A stretch of 63,016 nucleotides of DNA, filler included, from Phoronis australis (GCA_002633005.1; 9 parts of 9 records of this genome joined end to end with filler, not necessarily neighbours in it); one strand, 5' to 3'. Counted from the whole stretch's first letter, positions 49,210-62,333 are shown. Made by a program: numbers and translations. The notes: generated from the letters alone by a model not told the origin.

Positions 49210-49389
49210 GGAAGGATACCGACGAGTTGGAATTGGTACGTTCAGGCACTGCACAGTACATCATCAAGGCCAGCTGATGACCGCTCACGAGGTTTTATCA
49301 GTGTGCCTCGTTTTCGACCAGTATTTAAAGATGGCGCGGGAAGATGGCGCTTTCGTGAAATAGGTGAACACCTGTGAAAATTCGAAGGA

Positions 49390-51875
49390 ATTGGTCTTAT
49401 AATTCGCCCTCTACAGGATTGAACGAACTTAGTGACAGAGCAACATACTTGGCGATATTTCGCCAAGCAAAAACGAGAGTGCTCGGAGGAGCGACACTTG
49501 GCGGAATTAATTGAAAAGACGACGATGGGGAGGACGACGACAATTATGACGATCAAGGCGGCAATTATGAATAACACGATAACATTCATGTGAGTAGCGA
49601 AGAAATCAAATAGAGAGCATACAATCAACTATAACGAAGAACACACCGGCGCAACATGACGGTCCAGTCTACTGTAGAACAATGCTAGCTGGGTCAATCT
49701 GGCTCAACTAGGCATAACCAAAACAAAGTGAACTGAAAGCCAGCCAGCTGGGGCCTTGCATATGTGACCGAATTGGAACAACGGTATCCGAAAATCTCGA
49801 ATAATTCAAAAAGTAGACGTCGTAGCGCAAAATGAAAAATATGTTCTGAAAGCCCGTTCAAAATTCTATCTATAGTAGTAGTTTGGCAAAAAGCCAAAAA
49901 TTTTTTGAGAAAATTGAAAATTTGCCGTTTTTTTGAAATTCAAAGTCAAATAACTCGAAAACGGTAAGTCTGAGAAATACGCTCTCACAGACTTTTTGAA
50001 AGGCCATACTTCAAAGAATCCACATGCAAAAATTCACGTCATTTGCTCTTCCCGTTGAAAATGCCATAACGATTGAAACCGTGTGAACATGCGCCACAGC
50101 CGCCATATTGAAATTGACTTCCGGTTCAATAAACATTGATAAAAGTTTATTAAACTCACCAAATACGTGACCAGTTTGAAAGTGATTGTTTCGCAAAAAC
50201 GCCCTCTACAGGAGAAAACGTGTTTGGCCATATTTCGGGGTGCGCATGCGCCACTTCCAATATTTCCGCCATCTTTGACCGGAAGTAAACGATTTTCTGC
50301 GCAGCTGTACCACATGCGTTCTAGTATAACTCTTAGATTTGCAACTATGTGCGTCGAAAAATGCGGCCTCTACGAGCATTTGACTGTGAAGTCGGATACA
50401 AAATGGCCGCCACGTCCGCCATTTTGTATCCGATCATAACCAAAAACAACAGACTTCCAGGACTTTCCAATCTACACGTCGTGTAAAAATTTCGTGCGGA
50501 TCGGACGAAAATTGCGACTTGTACAGTGCAAACAAAAAAACAAAAGTGATGGCAGAGCAACATACTTGGCGAAATTCATTTCACCAAGTAAAAAAAAGAA
50601 CTTTTTGTCAGACCAACATGCTTGGCGGAAGAATTCCGCCAAGTAATAAAGTATTACGCCTCCCTTGCCGTTTTTGTCAGTGGCATTCACAACGAAGATA
50701 AACGAGAGCGCTCGGAGGAGCGACACTTGGTGAAATTACGCGAAAACAGGACGATGGGGAGGACAACGACGACGATCATGACGATGAAAGCGGAGATTAT
50801 GAACAACACGATAACATAAGATAGATATCATAAATTAGTAAGAAATAAGCTACAGTCTTGTTCAAATAAACTAAACCAACATCAATGCAGTAAGAGTGCT
50901 CAACAAAGGAAAAGCGCTATCAGAAAATCTCAAATAATTCGAAAAGTAGACGTCCTAGTAAAAATGGAAAACATCTTCTTAAAGCCCATTCTAAATTCTA
51001 TCTAAATTGATAGTTTCGCAACATTCCATAATTTTTTCGAAAGAATTGAAATTTTGCGTTTTTTTTCAAATTCAAAGTCAAATAACTCGAAAACAGTAAG
51101 TCTGAGAAAAACGCTATCACAGATCTTTTGAAAGAGCATACTTCAAGAAATCCACATGAAAAAATTCACGTCATTTGCTCTTCCCGTTAAAAACGCGACA
51201 GCAGAACTATTGAAAACGTGTGAACATGCGCCACAGCCGCCATCTTGAACGTGACTTTCGGTTAAACAAAATACTTTTTAAAGCTTATTAATAGCAACAA
51301 GCACGTGACCAGTTTGAAACTGATTGGTTCGCAAATGTGCCCTCTAGAGGAGAAAATGTTTTTGGCCAGATATCGGGATGCGCATGCGCCACTTCCAATA
51401 TTTCCGCCATCTTTGACCGGAAGTCAACGATTTTCGGTACAGCTGTAGCACATGTATTCAATTATAATCGTGTCACGTTTCAGCTCTGTACAGTGAAAAA
51501 TGCGGCCTCTACGAGCATTTGACTGTGAATTCCGCCAAGTAAGGATGCTTTGTTCCCAGAATCCAAAATAGGTGGCGCTATGTGACAGGGTAGGAACAGC
51601 GCTATTGGAAAATCTCGAATAATTCAAAAATTTTACGTTGTAGCGAAAAATTGAAACGGTCTTCTGAAAGCCCGTCCAAAACTCTACCAACTTTGATAGT
51701 TTCGCCACAGCCGCTATCTTGAAAGTGACTTCTGGTTCAATAAACTTTTATAACAGCTTCTTAAACTCAACATACACGTTACCATTTTGAAAGTGATTGC
51801 TTTGCAAATGCGCCCTCTAAAGGAGAAAACGTTTTTGGCCATATTTCTGGGTAGGCATGCGCCACTTCCAATATT
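49390..51875 (+). repeat. Complex repeat of diverged, about 1.15-kb tandem units
   Basis: 49780-50390 is similar to 50925-51530 and partly to 51610-51875; 49435-49590 is similar to 50550-50815. Confidence 0.85.
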
Positions 51876-52197
51876 TGTTATTGACACCTCTCACTCACTA
51901 TAATATTTATTTTAATTTCTAGGCACTTGTTCTGTTCTCTGGCAGTCAGGTGCAGAATCTACAACTACATGTGATTTTTGTTGTGGGTTTCAGAATGATT
52001 CCCCATATCATTAATTAGTTATTACTGTTTTAACTTGCCCGTGAAAAAATCACGTTGAGCACTGTCTGTCACCATAATTTAGTTTATAATGAGTATCAAG
52101 TTGAAATAATCCCAGTGAAAACTGGTGTTTCAATCTGTGAGAAAGTTTACTTCAATTCAGAAGACACCACCGAACACATGAGCTGTTCAGTCATTAC

Positions 52198-52297
52198 NNN
52201 NNNNNNNNNNNNNNNNNNNNNNNNNNNNNNNNNNNNNNNNNTTAATTAATTAANNNNNNNNNNNNNNNNNNNNNNNNNNNNNNNNNNNNNNNNNNNN
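52198..52297. other. Artificial contig-joining spacer
   Basis: N44-TTAATTAATTAA-N44. Confidence 0.97.
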
Positions 52298-54873
52298 ACG
52301 CATGTTTTTAATGATTCACTCCCAACACCAAAATGGAAGCACCCAACCAAAAGCAACAGTGCAAGATATCAACTTGTCATTAAGCGCAAGTCGAACATTC
52401 TATCCACATCTACGTGGTCAAAAACTTACATGATGTGTTTTTGCAAATCTACAAAATCAGGTGCTTCCCTTATAACTTAACACGGCGCACCAGCGGAATC
52501 TTGCTTGATCTACCTTTTCTCTCAAGAAACTTGCCCTACTGAACGCACGCCTACCTGTAGGAATACCTTAGTTCTAAGAAATGACGAGCAGCGACGTATA
52601 TTTTAAATGACATGCTTGAAGTCCGACGTCAGTGTAGCTCTGTGAGGGTAAAATTTGTGCAGTAAGCAGCCACTCCCGACTTCAAAAAATTCGATTTTAA
52701 CTGCCCATGCTCGGCTTACCGCCCACCCCTTGTTTTTTTAGATTCCCAATTTAAGCGCCCTGGGTGTTAACCTGGACGAGTACCGTATTATAATTGGAAT
52801 CACATTGTTTTGATTGTCTGAAGTGGCCTGCTGTATGTGTGTAGGTTTAAACATTAATTACATATGGTCAGTCATTGTCAACTGATCTCTGGCTGTGTAT
52901 TGGGTGAACTCATGTGTAACTGTTGTATTTATTTAATTTAAATTTTTGGGTAAGTAGAAGTTGAAAGGTATGGTTCTATATCCAAGTTACTCCGATTAAA
53001 ATAAATCACAGTTGACAACTTTTGAAAGCTGAGGTAGGTGTAAAAATCAAACTTCCCTTCAAGAAAACCAATCCAAATGCAATGTTAAGAGGGGCTGTAA
53101 ACTGGTAATAGTCCTTACAGGGGACCTGTATTTTGGAGAATCAATGTTGTGTACTGACTAAGGGCATCAAAGTGGTTTTTAAAATCTGGGACCCCTGTAA
53201 GTGACTCTTCCAGGGAATTGTCCTTGAGTGGCTGAAGCAAGGTATTGTTGGTTTATTCTCACAGTTGATTGTACACTGCCTTATGGTTCATTTGTCTGAT
53301 GAATATAATTTTACGCATAATTGCTTTACTTGAGTCTTCTGTTGCTGGACAAACATGGAAATACCATTAATCTGTTTGTCTAATAATAATGTCCAATACT
53401 CAACACAATGCTGAATGCAGACCTAAGTCATGTTTTCATTGCTTTTCTTATCCACACTAAAAATGCCATGAATCTATACAGCTTGAGGTCTCACTTGTTT
53501 TCATGTCATTTCTTCCATTTTGCTGTTTTTCCAGTTTTATTCAGACTGTTTACTGATCATGTGGCTTGAAATTTGTTTATGCAATAAAATTTTTGATTTT
53601 CTGGAATATTTGTTGATGTTTGACTAACTGTAAGATATTGCTTGTTTCGTTTTGTGCTGATAACACAAAGTAGTTTTTCTTCTGTTCATGGTGCTTTGTC
53701 AATTGTCATTTGCTAAATACTTGATACAATGTTTTCATTCTGACATGGCTCTAAGCAGTTGTGTACAATATTTTTTGGAAATAATTGCTTTAAAACTGTT
53801 GAATTCACAAATATTCTGTTTGTTCTGCCATGTTTGTTTCTTATCAGCGTGCCCTCACAAAATTTATGTATCAGAGATTTTTAATCCCCATTTTCAAGGC
53901 ACTGCTAAACCCCCTGAGTGATTAGCAAATTTATGACGCAGTCTGGACTTTTTATTTATCAAACCTGTGTTATCTAGATGTACCTTTGAATGTAGTCAGA
54001 GCCTGAATACAAAGTTGTTAACTCGAAGCTTTCTATGCTTTTCAACTCTTAGGTTGCCTATAAAATCTGACTTTTTATGCAAAATTGTGAGATTGAAGCT
54101 TTCCTTTGAAGCAGTGGAGAGGTGCTTGCAAAATCTTGTGTATTTATTTATTTATTTATTATTGTGGTATTTAAAATGAGGGTGGCCTCTTCAGTGATAG
54201 CACTGCTTTCCAAGAGGGCCCTCATGTGTTTGGTTACCCTCGGTGACAACACGTTTTTATTGAAACTTCAGTTTCAGTAAGACTTCATTTGGACGTACTA
54301 TTGCGGATGTGTATTGAAATGCTCCAGTGAAAACTAGGTTAATGAATGGATGAACACATAATGAAGACTTGTCGATGAACGCTGCCTTCGGCAATCTAAA
54401 GCCCAGCATATTTGCATTTTGTTTTTCAAACTCGTTTTACATGTCGCTGTAGCATATCCAAGTGAGTCAGTGATTTGTAGTCGGAGTTAGAAGGTGGTCT
54501 CTTCCGTACAAGTGTATATATTTGCTAAGATGGAATCGGCCAGATTTTAAAGTTCTGTGTTACCACCCAACAACAGCATTATGCCCTATAAAGTGGAAGG
54601 ACACGTGAATCTTGTATTCCACACTGTATAAGACTCCTACTAATCCCCATGACATTTTGAGATTGCACATAAATTTACAGAATTAGCCTCATTATCCCAG
54701 ACTGTCAACAAGTGTTGGTGAAGTATTAGCCATGGTATTGGGAGAGCAGAGTGGCTGTTCAACCCTGTTATTATCTAGTGATTGAGGGGGATTATCTTGC
54801 AAAGCTGGTTATAGGCACTGTTAAAGGTTTAGAGGAGGGATGAATACCTGTGCTAGGGCGTTTCTGGGGTGTC

Positions 54874-54973
54874 NNNNNNNNNNNNNNNNNNNNNNNNNNN
54901 NNNNNNNNNNNNNNNNNTTAATTAATTAANNNNNNNNNNNNNNNNNNNNNNNNNNNNNNNNNNNNNNNNNNNN
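54874..54973. other. Artificial contig-joining spacer
   Basis: N44-TTAATTAATTAA-N44. Confidence 0.97.
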
Positions 54974-55879
54974 ACTTCAAAGCCGTTTTTCTCGGCTCGT
55001 GATTTCAGGATAGTGACACGATTCTCAGGCCTATTTTTCCACAACACGTGGGTCAATTTTAATGAAAGTTGCAAATTTGAAGTAAAATCGCGTGCCAGGG
55101 TTTTTTGATAAATGGACCAGATTTTTAGTCATTAGACGGAAAGTGACCAAATGACAAAAAGTGGCGTGCTTGCCCCAACTCACACACAAAAAATGCCACA
55201 AAATCAAGATCATAATGATTTTGTACATGTATTTGGTATGGATAAGTAGAGTATTGCGTAAGGAAATAGTTGATGATGATCCCTGTGCATTTTGAAAAAA
55301 AATTCGAGGTAAAATTAGATTTGTTGAAAATTAAAAAATACGATTTTTTAAAAAAACGAACTACAAAAAAAACATTTTTTTTTCGATTTTTGTCACTTTC
55401 AGAGTCATGTCTAACTAGTTAAAACTCCCTTTTTACTCATTTTAGTTAGGAACCTGGAGATTTGATCAGTGTATACACCTACCTTAACGTGCCAACAAAC
55501 CCGCCTTCCATTACAAAAAAGAAAAAGAAAATTTTTGACTAAGACAATTTACCAATATACAACTGTTCCCACATTTTCCTCTTAAAATTGGAGGTGACCT
55601 TTAGAGCTTCGAAAGAACTTTAAGTTCGTAATTGCTTGAGACCAGGCTCTTCAAGTAGGCATGTCATTTTATGTGGCGTGCATGGTCCCAAGGAATAGCA
55701 AACTGTCAGTTCTTTGTAAAGTCAGAAATTACTTCTCAACTAATTAACATGGGAAAATCAATTTTACAGCAGAAAGTGGTTTAAATCAAAACTTCGCTTC
55801 TTGGACGGAATACATAGCTATAGGCACTTTAATATTAATTATCAGGTTTGACTGACGTGCGATAACCTAATTTACATAC

Positions 55880-56083
55880 CCGAGTTTTCGAACGTGCTCC
55901 GTCTCTGATTGGCGTCACCTGGGGGTGGCAGGAGAGGTGTAGTCTCTGACGGCCCATCATCATCGTCTGATTCGTCGCTGTCCGTGTGACGTTCATTGTC
56001 GTTGGCCAAGACTTTGCGCTTACACACGGGACATGTCCGTTTGTTATTCGTCAACCAAGGGTCAACGCACTTCATATGATACG
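55880..56083 (-). CDS. RNF13: PA-TM-RING E3 ligase (RNF13/RNF167-like) exon: second half of RING-H2 plus acidic tail
   Basis: TTTCAG / GTATGT, 204 nt; AYHMKCVDPWLTNNKRTCPVCK, acidic stretch and ETTPLL dileucine motif. Confidence 0.85.
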
Positions 56084-57136
56084 CTGAAAGGGAATTCAAA
56101 GGAGATCATACACGTTACGTGAACTAGCAACCCCTCTCCTCTATCAACTGTTCACTTGGAACACCCGTATTAACTCTCTCTAACCACCAAACAGATGCAC
56201 AATCACAAGCATTTTGTAGTTTAACTCAGTGCCATGTGGAACGAGTCCTCAGATGCGTTTAGAGCAAAAGTCGCCAGAGTGCTTCAAAATTTCCCACAGT
56301 TTACGATGAAATAAGTAACAGAGTATTTGTGGTAGCTGCAGCAACAAAACACGTGACAAAAATGTGGACCTCTTCATTTTCATCAATCATATCAAATAGA
56401 GGATGAAATGGCACGATCGGCTGCATGAAACTCGCCCTAACACCTCACCCATAACGCTCGATACCCAACTGTGACGCTGTACACAGAAAACTTTGGGTAT
56501 CAAACTCAGGTCTACAGCGCCGGCGCATTATTCTCTCATTTATGAAAAACTCAATTCAAGTGCGCAGTCCCAGAAGCTGAAGAGATGAGCCGCGCAAGGC
56601 AAATGGTGCTTTTAGCATGTTATACCTAAGTTTATGTAGGATCTTAGTCAAAAAAACGTCCAACTCTGGCAAACGTTGGAACATCACGTCTCAGAGATTG
56701 GCGATGGGATTTTAATGAAACTGTGCTTTACGCAATGTTCTCCAATACGCCATTGGGAATTGTTTTTAAAATGTTTCGCTTTTGTATGCGGGGTTGTCGA
56801 AAAATTTGACTCAAAGGCTGCATAAAACGAAAACGAAATGATTTAGAAAACTGCAACAGCATATTTGAGATTCCACCATGAAAATTCATATTAGACACAA
56901 TTTGGTCAACATGTTCTTGATACCATGATTTTGTTATCGATGTATCTTCCTTTTGTGCTAAATTTTACTAAAACAGACGTGGTCACATGACCCAATTAAT
57001 GGCAGATTGCTATAGTTTTCTAGACATTTGCCTCAATACATAGCCTTGTCAATAAGGTCCTACATATCCTTCGAGATACTCTTTACCCAACTCAGTACCT
57101 GTTTCAATTGCCAGCGCAGAATATGTTTCTATCTAA

Positions 57137-57503
57137 GGGCTATTCCAGTAAAATCTGTACGAGGGAAGGCATTTTTTTTCGCACCTACCACCCATATTTT
57201 TCTTTTATGCCCACCACCTGGAATTTTTTATAAGTTTGAAATGCAACCACCCGTAATGTTTTTCTTATACATGGTTATTAGCCATGGAGAAATTGGAGCG
57301 CCTGTGGTTGGTTGGTGTTATGGGCATGCCGATGGGGAGATTGGAGGGAGTGAAAAAGACGGAGCTTTNAAAGACAATGACCTGTAAATTTTTATTTTTT
57401 TGAATAACGACCACCCGCCATTTTGAATTTAAATCAAACACAACCACCCATAAATTTTTATTTCAATTGCCTTCCCCCAACACGGATTTTACTGGAACAG
57501 CCC
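57137..57503. mobile_element. PIF/Harbinger (Tourist-like) MITE
   Basis: TAA|GGGCTATTCCAGTAAAATC ... GATTTTACTGGAACAGCCC|TAA. Confidence 0.85.
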
Positions 57504-57898
57504 TAAGAAAAAGTCGAAAACCGGCATTGATTTTAACATGCTCTATACCATGACTGACTGGGCAGTCAGGGAACGTTGGTTAGTACCTTAACACACCATC
57601 AATCTTCTTACATCAGTGCTCGATGCTGGAACTCGTTAGAATTAAAAGCTAGTTCTTAAGTACAAAACCGAAATTCCTTAAGTCAGTCCAAGGAGTTGGA
57701 TCTCATTGGAACTGAAAGAAGTAATTTGTTCGAGCACACCTGGAGTGTATATCAGACGCACACACTAGAAATTAAAACAAATTTCAGTCCACTAATATCC
57801 CATTACATCGTACAGCACACTGACTAAATTGGGGTCATTGAAGAAATGTGCTTTGTGAACAAAAGCATTTACAAATAGTCAAAAGAATAAAGTAAATA

Positions 57899-57942
57899 GA
57901 TATATATACCCATATACCCATATACCCATATACCCATATACC

Positions 57943-57994
<52 letters not shown>

Positions 57995-57998
57995 TACA
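57899..57998. repeat. Compound microsatellite (ATACCC)n(ATACAC)n
   Basis: Directly visible at the contig end. Confidence 0.95.
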
Positions 57999-58098
57999 NN
58001 NNNNNNNNNNNNNNNNNNNNNNNNNNNNNNNNNNNNNNNNNNTTAATTAATTAANNNNNNNNNNNNNNNNNNNNNNNNNNNNNNNNNNNNNNNNNNNN
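57999..58098. other. Artificial contig-joining spacer
   Basis: N44-TTAATTAATTAA-N44. Confidence 0.97.
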
Positions 58099-59205
58099 AC
58101 GAGCCTCATCTTTATGTCCGTATACACTTCAAACTTACGCCGCGATTCAAAAAGAACGCAGAAGTTTTGCTGCTCTTGTGAGGGATGTGCCCCACTGCGG
58201 GTGTGGACTTTGAAAAGAGATGCAGCGTACTTGTCAGCGGCCTTGCATTGTTTCTTTCCGGTGCAGATCTTCTCCGGCCTCAACAGGAATCCAAACTTCT
58301 CTGTACACGTGAAAACCGTGAATCGAAGACTAATAAAAAAATCGACCAGTGTTAGCACGCGGCCAAGAAGCGCGTACTACATAATGTACCGGCTGTCATC
58401 GAAGACATTTAGTCGGGAACTATCTATTCACGAAACGGGTAACATAGCATCGGAAATAAATATTGGCACTAATTTCCGAAAGTTTCTAATACCGTCAAAA
58501 ACTTTTGCATTATTTTTAAGAGAAATTATTTAACTAATCGTAAGTGGTGTTTTTAAGGTCAAAATGACCCACTTCGCACCCTTACCCCCCAAATCTTCCG
58601 GAAAATAGCTGTTACACTACGGTCACGCATCCACTCACCCGGTGACTCAATGAGTGACATATCGGTCTTACCGAAAAAAATTCTCGAACGTTTTTTAGCA
58701 GATGAGGCCAGCAAGTGCTAAGCTAAATATTAAAACACGCTCTGCTTGATTGCTTGACTTAATTTCTTTGGATACAATGCACTCCTAGATCATTACATTA
58801 CTCTGGCAAATGAACTCTGATGACAAGCACACGCACGCTTACTATCACACACACGCATACAAACTTCAAAACAAACGTCACGTGAGAACAACCTGTGTGT
58901 TCCTCCAGAGATTTTTATCGTGTTGCGGTCAACAATCTAGCGCAGATTTGGACTTAATCTGCAGTTAATCCAGACTCCACAAGAACTTAAAAATCTTGAA
59001 AAATTTGAGGAGGATTTCAGGTAATTTGTTGAGTCGAAGCTGTATTCTTATTCAAGAATTCAAGCCCTATCGACGATTGCAAGACCGGCAGCTACGCATT
59101 TGTCGTCAAGATTTCGCACTGGGACTTCAACACAATTTTATGAAAATTGATCGTAATTTAACAACGAATTTTGATTGCAATGCACCACAATTTTGTAGAA
59201 AGTAA
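58099..59205 (-). repeat. Diverged copy of the dispersed repeat inside 47620-48600
   Basis: For example TTGCAATGCACCACAATTTTGTAGAAAG versus CTTTCTACAAAACTGTGGTGCATTGC. Confidence 0.65.
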
Positions 59206-59796
59206 ATAATAATATTCTGCACGCTTTATCATAGCGTGTAATACATATAGTGTGCGTAGGTTAAGTGAGTTGACCCAGAACAGGTGATTGTGCAGAGGCA
59301 TTATCCTCGAAATTGCTCATGTTGGCTTGGTTCTGGTCAAGCGAAAACAAGTTTTTTTTTTCACTACCAACCGCCGTAGAGTATTTTGTTACTGTTTCTT
59401 TGAAGGGANAGATATTGTTGGGCAGTTTCCAAGATACGTTTTCTTGCCGCCCTCAAAATGAGCGCTGCATACTTTATGCTACCACGTCGGAAAGAATTCG
59501 ACGAAATCGGCCTTTGCTACCAGCCCTACCAATGTCTCTGACCCATGTTTAACGCAGTTCTTGATCCTTGGGAAAGAGGTAGTAACTAATTTTTTAACCT
59601 CGCTAACTGGTATTATAGCATGCCAGGCACACAACACGTATAACCTCCCTGTGGCCGGTTCGCCCCCACGCTTGCCGACGTACCTGTTTACCGGTTTAAC
59701 CACAATGCAACATTCTGACCCATTTCCAATATGGCGGCGTTGCAACTCCGCTATTAGGGCATGAGCTGAAACTATTCGTATACGCCTTCAACTTAC

Positions 59797-59877
59797 CCAT
59801 AATTGTCAGAATAGTAGCCCCGATTAAAATGACGATCGTTTGAAGGGCATCTGTGTAGATGACTGCGGCCAAGCCAC
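59797..59877 (-). CDS. SLC5 sodium:solute (SGLT/SMIT-type) symporter exon (GGLAAVIYTDALQTIVILIGATILTIM)
   Basis: TAG / GTAAGT, 81 nt; SSF signature GGL.AVIYTD.LQ. Confidence 0.92.
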
Positions 59878-60194
59878 CTACAAGGCAAAGGGACGTAACA
59901 AGGCTGTGAATAATTAAGATGAATATAAACTTATGGATAGAAAAAAATAATAATAATGTCAGCGAGCAAAAGTTACTATTTATTGATTCAATCAAAGGTA
60001 CACCTCCACTTGAAGACTGGTGAGCATGCCGACGGCGACAATTCGCGAGTGATACTTGCGTTATGGCATGCATAACCACGAAGACGTTTTATTGCCATGG
60101 TAACAACTCACTATAATATTTATCTTTACTTCGTAAAATACGTAAAAAAACCACAACTAGCCACGTGTTTCCGTTTCCTTCCACACTTCCTTAC

Positions 60195-60300
60195 CTAGGA
60201 TGGTGTAGATAGCCGTGGTTGCCAACAACAACAGGACTGACAGGTATTTGTCCCACCCCAGAGTCAGTTGGATGATGAGAGCGCCAGCATACACTTCCGA
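60195..60300 (-). CDS. SLC5 symporter upstream exon (SEVYAGALIIQLTLGWDKYLSVLLLLATTAIYTILG)
   Basis: TAG / GTAAG, 106 nt, phase joins the 81-nt exon; not in the ORF track. Confidence 0.9.
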
Positions 60301-60478
60301 CTATGCACAAGAACAGTTCAAACAGTCAGAGCTGAGCACAAACTAGTGTAACGCTTGTACGTTAACCTGTGACTAAACGACACTCTTTCAGATTCATTTT
60401 ACTAACGATCGAAGCACGAAACCAACTTCAACGCAAACCGGTTTAGCCAGTCAAAACTTATTTCCAATGATTGTTCTT

Positions 60479-60578
60479 NNNNNNNNNNNNNNNNNNNNNN
60501 NNNNNNNNNNNNNNNNNNNNNNTTAATTAATTAANNNNNNNNNNNNNNNNNNNNNNNNNNNNNNNNNNNNNNNNNNNN
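60479..60578. other. Artificial contig-joining spacer
   Basis: N44-TTAATTAATTAA-N44. Confidence 0.97.
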
Positions 60579-60783
60579 TCCCTGAACTTTGCCCTGTGGC
60601 ATCTAACATATGGTTAAGTTGTGATAGGTCCATATTTTGCCGTACTTTGCTTCAAATTGAAGTATTTCTTTCACATATGTTCACGATTGCAAGATGCAAA
60701 AAATTCACTCTCTTTCTTGGATCTTGTGAGTTACCACCTGACTGGAGCTTCCCATGTTCATTACTTGCTTCTTTTTCTTCAAG

Positions 60784-60943
60784 CCACCACGTGGAACACC
60801 TACCTATTGTGTTGATATTTGGCATCGCTACAACAGTCACCGCCGTTCATCGCATTCTGCCTCATCAAGTGTCATCCTTGCTGTGTATGGAGAAATTTCA
60901 GGCCACGCCTTCTACAGACTATCTGTCACTAGTCATGGACAAG
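60784..60943 (+). CDS. ORC3: Origin recognition complex subunit 3 exon (HHVEHLPIVLIFGIATTVTAVHRILPHQVSSLLCMEKF...VMDK)
   Basis: AAG / GTATAG, 160 nt; matches recalled ORC3 P.ILIFGIATS...HRLLPH.VSSLLC.E.F. Confidence 0.9.
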
Positions 60944-61350
60944 GTATAGAATACTGATACTCCTGTCACTCATTTCAAGCCACACCTTCTATAGACTATC
61001 TGTCACTAGTCATGGACAAAGTATAGAATACTGATACTCCTGTCACTCATTTCAAGCCACACCTTCTATAGACTATCTGTCACTAGTCATGGACAAGGTA
61101 TAGAATACTGATACTCCTGTCACTCATTTCAAGCCACACCTTCTACAGACTATCTGTCACTAGTCATGGACAAAGTATAGAATACTCATACTCCTGTCAA
61201 TCACTTCAAGCCACACCTACTGATTGTCACTAGTCAAGGTATAGCATAGTCACACTTCTGTCACTCATTTCAAGCCACGCCTTCTACAGACTATCTAACA
61301 CTAGTCATATACAATGTATTGCATAGTTACACTTCTGTTACTCACTTCAA
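60897..61350 (+). repeat. 77-bp minisatellite (about 6 copies, decaying 3') overlapping the ORC3 exon end
   Basis: TTCAAGCCACACCTTCTA(C/T)AGACTATCTGTCACTAGTCATGGACAA(G/A)GTATAGAATACTGATACTCCTGTCACTCAT at 60897, 60974, 61051, 61128, then degenerate. Confidence 0.95.
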
Positions 61351-61536
61351 GACCGTCCCTCAACAAACTACAAGATAATGGTTGCATATATGTCACATCG
61401 AGCCCTGCCTTCAACTTGCCATAGAGTTGTGACTGGTTTAATTATTTGGGAAACCGTAAGAGTTTGAAGTGCTGTTCAGTTATAAATGAATGACACTATA
61501 CGCCACATTGCCATTGTATTCTGTGTAACGTTTCAG

Positions 61537-61650
61537 GTGGTGATGACTGCGCAGTATCCATTCAAAGTGGGTCATCGGGTGTTCCGTTTACTTCTAGACA
61601 TGTTTCTGTATCATGACTTTGCGGTGGTCAACTTTGTCCGGTGTTATCAG
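61537..61650 (+). CDS. ORC3: ORC3 exon (VVMTAQYPFKVGHRVFRLLLDMFLYHDFAVVNFVRCYQ)
   Basis: TTTCAG / GTATGA, 114 nt; conserved PFK...FLYHDF. Confidence 0.92.
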
Positions 61651-62199
61651 GTATGAGTGACAGTTTTCCGCAAATGGAAAGTCAATGATTGATTGTAGGT
61701 GTATTAACAGTTACGGCTGCTTTTATTTTTGCTTAGTACAATATTATTGATTCCTTGCCATGAATTTCATTCAATTAAACTAATACAGTCGATATGCATG
61801 AAACGCACTTTTTTCTGTTTTCCATAACTCAATTTTATCTGGTTCCATAAATTCATAATGTGGAACCCTCGTAAGCCAAAGCACGTTGTGTTTAAAAGTT
61901 AATTTCATGTTTCCAAGGTTTCATTCGTGCCACGCATTTCATTCTGTTAAATGAAAAATCACAATATAATTACACAAAACTCAGAAATTTCTGTGTATTA
62001 CATAATTCGTTTTTGTCTTGTGTCTTGAATTTATAATCTGTGGTTGTCTTAAGCCAAAGCACAGTGCATCTAAAATTCATTTTTCTGTTTCCAAGCTTTC
62101 ATCCGTCTATACTGTTCTGTATATCTGTGTCCATGCCTGGCCAGCTGGTGTAAGACTACCGTTCTGTGGCCCTACCCTGAACTGATCTGTCCATTACAG

Positions 62200-62333
62200 T
62201 TTGCAATGATGCAACATTTCACTAACAGTCCCCTGAGCATTGTCTGCTGTCCACTGTCACAACTGTGGGACAGGGTGGCCAGTCTGACCCACGGCCAGCT
62301 GGAACAGCTTCGACGAGCTGTCACTTTCAGAAG
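62200..62333 (+). CDS. ORC3: ORC3 exon (FAMMQHFTNSPLSIVCC...LEQLRRAVTFR)
   Basis: CAG / GTGGGT, 134 nt, phase 0 to 2. Confidence 0.88.

Noticed and set aside
54140-54873. Degraded LINE 3' end on the minus strand ((TTTA)n tail plus hairpin at about 54176-54224)
   Set aside because: Suggestive, but I could not recover convincing RT-family motifs, so it is not listed as a feature
54974-55832. Kolobok-like transposon end (…GGCACT|TTAA)
   Set aside because: Only one end is present on the contig; no partner TIR to confirm
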